Part shown: positions 59,966-64,000 of the stretch, one piece after another
How positions within the stretch are numbered: the first letter of the stretch is position 1
Layout: each line of letters begins with the position of its first letter
NCBI GenBank assembly: GCA_014361195.1
Contig: JACIWA010000003.1
Coordinates: 43,681 to 107,680, forward strand
Direction: 5' to 3'
DNA from: Thermoplasmatales archaeon
GTDB taxonomy: Archaea; Thermoplasmatota; E2; UBA202; JdFR-43
Length of the DNA stretch: 64,000 nucleotides
Translations under genes and position numbers: made by a program
The notes under the pieces: generated by a model
What the model was told of the DNA's origin: nothing
The model's database searches: none
Seen by the model: only the letters and a program-made list of their open reading frames with translations

Positions 59966-60349
59966 ATGAAGGAAATGGCAGAAGTAAGAGAACTTAAAGA
60001 GAATAGATACATAATCATTGATGATGAGCCTTGCAAAATTCTTAGCATAGCCACTTCAAAGCCAGGGAAACATGGAGAAGCAAAAGCAAGAATAGATGCG
60101 ATCGGTATATTTGATAATCAAAAGAGAAGTGTCATATATCCAGTAAAACATAAGGTCGCAATTCCAATAATTGAGAAAAGGACTGCACAAGTCATATCTG
60201 TAAGAGGAGATAAACTACAATTGATGGACATGGAGACATATGAAACTTTCGAAATGGATATACCAGAGGAATTCAAGGGCAAAGTTGAGGAAGGAAAAGA
60301 AATAGAATATCTGCAGGCGATGGGGAAAAAGAAAATAACAAGAGTATGA
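59966..60349 (+). CDS. eif5a: Translation initiation factor 5A (aIF5A, hypusine-containing)
   Basis: Start placed at internal MKEMAEV (the longer ORF from 59870 adds a non-conserved hydrophobic leader); hypusination loop [13 protein letters not shown]. Confidence 0.85.
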   Translation: MKEMAEVRELKENRYIIIDDEPCKILSIATSKPGKHGEAKARIDAIGIFDNQKRSVIYPVKHKVAIPIIEKRTAQVISVRGDKLQLMDMETYETFEMDIPEEFKGKVEEGKEIEYLQAMGKKKITRV

Positions 60350-61128
60350 AGTTTGCTGATGCAGAAAATAGCTACGAAGATGCAAAGTTTGTTATTATTG
60401 GCATACCATATGAGGATGCAGAAATGTCTTTTAGGAAAGGTACTTCATTTGCACCTGATCACATAAGATATGAAAGCTGGAACTATGAAAGCTATGATTT
60501 AAGAAACAATTTTGACTTGAGCACCGCAAAAATAAATGATGCGGGGAATTTTGGGCTTGATGAAGGAAGGAAATTTGTAAATAAAGTAATATCTGATGGA
60601 AAAATTCCGATTATAGTAGGAGGGGCTCATTCAATTTCACCTTCTATTTTGCCAGATGAAACAGGGGTTGTTATTTTAGACGCACATCTTGATTTTAGAG
60701 AAGAATATTTAGGAGATAAAAATAGCCATGCATGCGCCGCCCGCAGGATTTTTGAGAGGGTAGGAAAGGAAAAAATAGTTTCTTTTGGAATTAGATCCGC
60801 CTGCAAGGAGGAAATTGGGGATGCAAAAAAACTTGGCTTAAAACATTTTTATGCGTGGGAATTTAAAGCGGGGATGGCGGAAAATATTGATTTTGATAAA
60901 ATTTTTTTGAGTATTGATATGGATGTTTTTGACCCGTGTTTTGCTCCAGGTGTAAGCAATCCTGAGCCATTTGGGCTTGGGTATGAAATATTTGATTTTA
61001 TAAAAATTATTTCAAAAAAAGTGCTTGCAATGGATGTTGTTGAAGTATGTCCTCCTTATGATGATGGTAGAGCATCTTTACTTGCAGCAAGAATTATAAG
61101 AGATTTTATTTCATTTAGAAGGTTTTAG
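60346..61128 (+). CDS. speB: Agmatinase (arginase/ureohydrolase family)
   Basis: 260 aa; metal-binding motifs [19 protein letters not shown]; classic coupling with aIF5A. Confidence 0.85.
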   Translation: MKFADAENSYEDAKFVIIGIPYEDAEMSFRKGTSFAPDHIRYESWNYESYDLRNNFDLSTAKINDAGNFGLDEGRKFVNKVISDGKIPIIVGGAHSISPSILPDETGVVILDAHLDFREEYLGDKNSHACAARRIFERVGKEKIVSFGIRSACKEEIGDAKKLGLKHFYAWEFKAGMAENIDFDKIFLSIDMDVFDPCFAPGVSNPEPFGLGYEIFDFIKIISKKVLAMDVVEVCPPYDDGRASLLAARIIRDFISFRRF

Positions 61129-62145
61129 CCCATCAACGATTCTATCAATATCCAAGCCAGCGAACTTACTCAATTTTTCGTGAGTCTCTATCAATTTTTT
61201 AACCTGCTTATCCCCAAATTTTTTAAATTCATTTATAGCCTCTTCAATATTCCTGTAACCATTTGAAGTGAGATTATCTGCATGCGAAACAATTTCCTCT
61301 TCTATGCTTTTTGGAATATAATCTTTTTTCGGCAAACCAAGCCTTTCAGCGTCTTCCTCATCTATTCCGGAGCCAACATGCCTTTCTATTATTGCCACTA
61401 CCTTCTTTGGCAGACCGTATTTTTTTGCAATTTTAACTCCTTCAACAACATGCATCAAATCATTTCTTTTGGCTCTACCAACATCATGGAGAATTGCGCC
61501 CGCTTCAATTGCTTCCATATCCAAATTTATTCCATTTTCCGCTATTTTTTCAGCAATTTTAATTGCCAGATCTCTGACTTTTTTGCAGTGTTCAATAACA
61601 TCTTTACTGCATCCCTCCTTTTCAAGAATTTTCAAGTAATTATATGATAATTTTTTTCCTTTCTTGCTCGGAATTATTTTAATTACCCCGCCAAAATTTC
61701 TCTTCATCCATTCCCCGCCATTAAGCATGTGTAAAAAAATGGCAATAGATGAAACTTCTGAATGAGGTTGATTTCCTATTGCAACATTATAATCTGATAT
61801 TTCATAAAATTCTCCTGGAACCTTTTCAGAACCAACAATAACAAGAATATTTTCAAATTTTTTAATTTCTTCTATAACATTCTCAATTTTCTCCCCATAC
61901 ATTGTAAGATGAATTATTTTTCCGTTCCATTCTTTGATCAACTTTTTCCAATCTATTCCACTTTCAATAAAAAAATTCCCTCCAAATCTCTCGATCACCT
62001 TCCTAATTCTTTTTTCTAATTCCTCGTCTTTTCTATCTACAAAAATACCATCCGCCCCAAAAGCCCTGGCAGCAAGCGCAACATGGGTTGTCATTCTTTT
62101 ATCTCTTTCTATTCTGTGCCCGTATCTATAAACTATAACCTTCAT
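61111..62145 (-). CDS. tRNA (cytidine56-2'-O)-methyltransferase Trm56 (SPOUT) fused to a C-terminal HD-domain phosphohydrolase
   Basis: 344 aa; N-terminus MKVIVYRYGHRIERDKRMTTHVALAARAFGADG matches aTrm56; C-terminal half has HD motif (ILHDVGR) and downstream His/Asp residues. Confidence 0.75.
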   Translation of the reverse strand: MKVIVYRYGHRIERDKRMTTHVALAARAFGADGIFVDRKDEELEKRIRKVIERFGGNFFIESGIDWKKLIKEWNGKIIHLTMYGEKIENVIEEIKKFENILVIVGSEKVPGEFYEISDYNVAIGNQPHSEVSSIAIFLHMLNGGEWMKRNFGGVIKIIPSKKGKKLSYNYLKILEKEGCSKDVIEHCKKVRDLAIKIAEKIAENGINLDMEAIEAGAILHDVGRAKRNDLMHVVEGVKIAKKYGLPKKVVAIIERHVGSGIDEEDAERLGLPKKDYIPKSIEEEIVSHADNLTSNGYRNIEEAINEFKKFGDKQVKKLIETHEKLSKFAGLDIDRIVDGLKPSK

Positions 62146-62212
62146 CTCTTTTTATCAATTTATATTAATAAATTTTTTTGCAAAGTTTATAAATCTATAG
62201 ATAATTCAGTCC

Positions 62213-62863
62213 ATGAAAGTTGGAAAAAATACATTTATAGCAAAAAATGCAGTAATTATAGGAGATGTAGAAATAGGGGAAAAATGCAGTATATGGTATA
62301 ATGCAATTTTAAGAGCGGATTTGAACAGGATATATATAGGAGATGAGAGCAACATTCAGGATTGCTGTGTAATTCACTGTTCAAAGGAGAATTCTGTAAC
62401 AATAGGAAAAAATGTTTCAGTTGGGCATGGAGCAATTGTGCACGGAGCAAAAATAGAAGATGACTGTATAATTGGAATAAATTCAACAGTTTTGGATGGC
62501 TCAAAAATAGGGAAGGGAAGTATAGTTGCAGCAAATGCGATTGTTTTGCCAAATACAGTTATACCCCCAAATAGCTTGGTTGCGGGTGTGCCAGCGAAAG
62601 TGATAAGGGAGGATGAAAAACTCATTGAAGAAATAAGGAAGAATTCCTCAATTTATGTTGAGCTTGCGGAAAGATACTTAAAAGGAGGGTTTGAAGAGGG
62701 TAAAAAATGTCCCGTATGCAATGGAAATATGGAGAAAATTGCATCTGGAAAGGATTTTCCACCAATTCCATTTATAAAAATTCCAGATTGGATAAAGGAA
62801 GTAGATGCTTATAAATGCAATTCATGCGGATTTGTTGGATTATGGATTTGCCATTCATTATAG
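62213..62863 (+). CDS. Gamma-class carbonic-anhydrase-like hexapeptide-repeat protein with C-terminal zinc-ribbon extension
   Basis: 216 aa; left-handed beta-helix hexapeptide repeats (IGEKCSIWYNAIL..., VGHGAIVHGAKIEDDCIIGINSTV) then CPVCNG...CNSCG. Confidence 0.8.
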   Translation: MKVGKNTFIAKNAVIIGDVEIGEKCSIWYNAILRADLNRIYIGDESNIQDCCVIHCSKENSVTIGKNVSVGHGAIVHGAKIEDDCIIGINSTVLDGSKIGKGSIVAANAIVLPNTVIPPNSLVAGVPAKVIREDEKLIEEIRKNSSIYVELAERYLKGGFEEGKKCPVCNGNMEKIASGKDFPPIPFIKIPDWIKEVDAYKCNSCGFVGLWICHSL

Positions 62864-62864
62864 G

Positions 62865-63380
62865 CTACCATCCGTTATAATGAATCATATCATTGATTTC
62901 TCTTAACTCTTTCTCTTCAGGCTCTTCGTCCGCATAACCAACAGGAACAATTGCAACTGGCTTTATATAAGATGGTAAATTCAATATTTTAGCAATCTCT
63001 TCTTCATCAAAAGCTCCTACCCAGCATGTAGCAAGTCCTTCATCAAATGCAGAAAGTAAGAAATTTTCAACAGCTGCACAAGTATCTTCTATGCAGTAAA
63101 GCTTACCTCTTTTCCCATAGGGCAAAATTCTTCTTTCATTAGCACAAAAAACAACAACAAAAGGAGCGGATGAAATAAATTTTTGCCCATAAGAAGCTTC
63201 CGCAATTTTCTCCTTTATTTCTTTCTTATCAACAATTATGAATTCTCTCGCTTGCAGATTGCCCGCAGAAGGGGCAAGATTTGCAAGATAAAGAATATTG
63301 ATTAGTTTCTCTATATCAAATTTTTTATATGAAAATTTCCTTATTGACCTTCTATTTTTAATTGCTTCTTTTAGCTCCAT
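62865..63380 (-). CDS. Nitroreductase-family flavoprotein
   Basis: Start at internal MELKEAIKNRRSIRKF (ATG overlaps the upstream TAA by 1 nt); RRSIRKF motif and FMN-binding core; the longer ORF to 63485 overlaps the neighbouring gene. Confidence 0.8.
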   Translation of the reverse strand: MELKEAIKNRRSIRKFSYKKFDIEKLINILYLANLAPSAGNLQAREFIIVDKKEIKEKIAEASYGQKFISSAPFVVVFCANERRILPYGKRGKLYCIEDTCAAVENFLLSAFDEGLATCWVGAFDEEEIAKILNLPSYIKPVAIVPVGYADEEPEEKELREINDMIHYNGW

Positions 63381-63697
63381 TACGCCTTCATTATACCAGC
63401 AAGAAATACTCCAATAGCAATAACCGCGCCAATAATTCCCCCTACAAGCGAGGCAATGCCTTTCTTCACTATTTCCCAGTCCCATGCTCTATCTCCCCAT
63501 ATTGCCCCGCCACTGTAATTGTAGAAAACCAAGGCAACAACCAGGCCTATTATCAGCAGAATTGCGCCTATCGCCCTGCTCCTCCCCGAGCCAAAGTATA
63601 TTGTAAATAGCCCCCCTATTATTGTTCCAACCGCAAACACTAATAGAAGCATGCTCAAAAACAACCCCATAATATCGCTCATTTTTTCACCTCTCAA
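63380..63697 (-). CDS. Small integral membrane protein (3 TM, Gly-rich)
   Basis: 105-aa ORF, strongly hydrophobic, translationally coupled to the nitroreductase. Confidence 0.45.
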   Translation of the reverse strand: MRGEKMSDIMGLFLSMLLLVFAVGTIIGGLFTIYFGSGRSRAIGAILLIIGLVVALVFYNYSGGAIWGDRAWDWEIVKKGIASLVGGIIGAVIAIGVFLAGIMKA

Positions 63698-63927
63698 AAT
63701 TTTGTTCCAGTAAGGGTTTTTGTATCAGTTACCCCATCTATCTTTCTTATTTTTTCTACAACAATTCTTCCAAGCTCTTCCAAGTCCTTTGCCTCTATTT
63801 TTGCAATTAAGTCATATTCTCCAAACAATGGGTGTAATTCCGCTATTTCCTTCAACTTTAAAAGTTCATTGTAAACCTGGTGCTCTTTTGCAGGTGCGGT
63901 GGATATCAATACAAACCCCACTGGCAT
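63694..63927 (-). CDS. Stand-alone Lrp/AsnC-type regulatory (ligand-binding RAM) domain protein
   Basis: 77 aa; beta-alpha-beta-beta-alpha-beta pattern VLISTAPAKEHQVYNELLKLKEIAELHPLFGEYDLIAKIEAKDLEEL typical of the AsnC C-terminal domain; no HTH domain. Confidence 0.65.
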   Translation of the reverse strand: MPVGFVLISTAPAKEHQVYNELLKLKEIAELHPLFGEYDLIAKIEAKDLEELGRIVVEKIRKIDGVTDTKTLTGTKF

Positions 63928-64000
63928 AAGAGATAATATAATTTCTACTTATTAATTTTTCTATTTTCAAACCAGTTTCAATTTTCCGAGTTGAGGCTCA

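Overview
AT-rich (roughly one-third GC by eye) archaeal chromosomal segment, densely packed with genes on both strands and Euryarchaeota-like in gene content and order. I call about 60 protein genes, four tRNAs (Gln-CTG, initiator-like Met-CAT, intron-containing Tyr-GTA, Cys-GCA), and no rRNA, CRISPR array or recognisable transposase/integrase. Most of the window is conserved housekeeping: an rps19e–rpl39e–rpl31e–eIF6–prefoldin–FtsY block, an eIF1A–RIO1–KH block, Glu/Asp/Trp-tRNA synthetases, PolD large subunit, aIF5B, XPD, Cdc48, enolase, RNase Z, RtcA, UMP kinase, and an isoprenoid cluster with the archaeal aconitase-X-type phosphomevalonate dehydratase. The most unusual region is a six-gene, translationally coupled minus-strand operon (45568-53845) combining heterodisulfide-reductase-like modules (two HdrA-like flavoproteins, an HdrC/B-like CCG protein, a ferredoxin) with NfnA-like and NfnB/GltD-like modules, the latter fused to an N-terminal MvhD domain. 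This looks like an uncharacterised flavin-based electron-bifurcating complex. Other points of interest: a type-IV-pilus-like locus whose ATPase carries a ~300-aa Cys-rich N-terminal extension, divergently paired with a small HerA/DUF87-like ATPase; a Trm56–HD-domain fusion; a PGF-CTERM surface glycoprotein; and two atypically long ORF-free stretches containing palindromic structures. All functional calls are from motif and family recognition by eye; no database searches were run.
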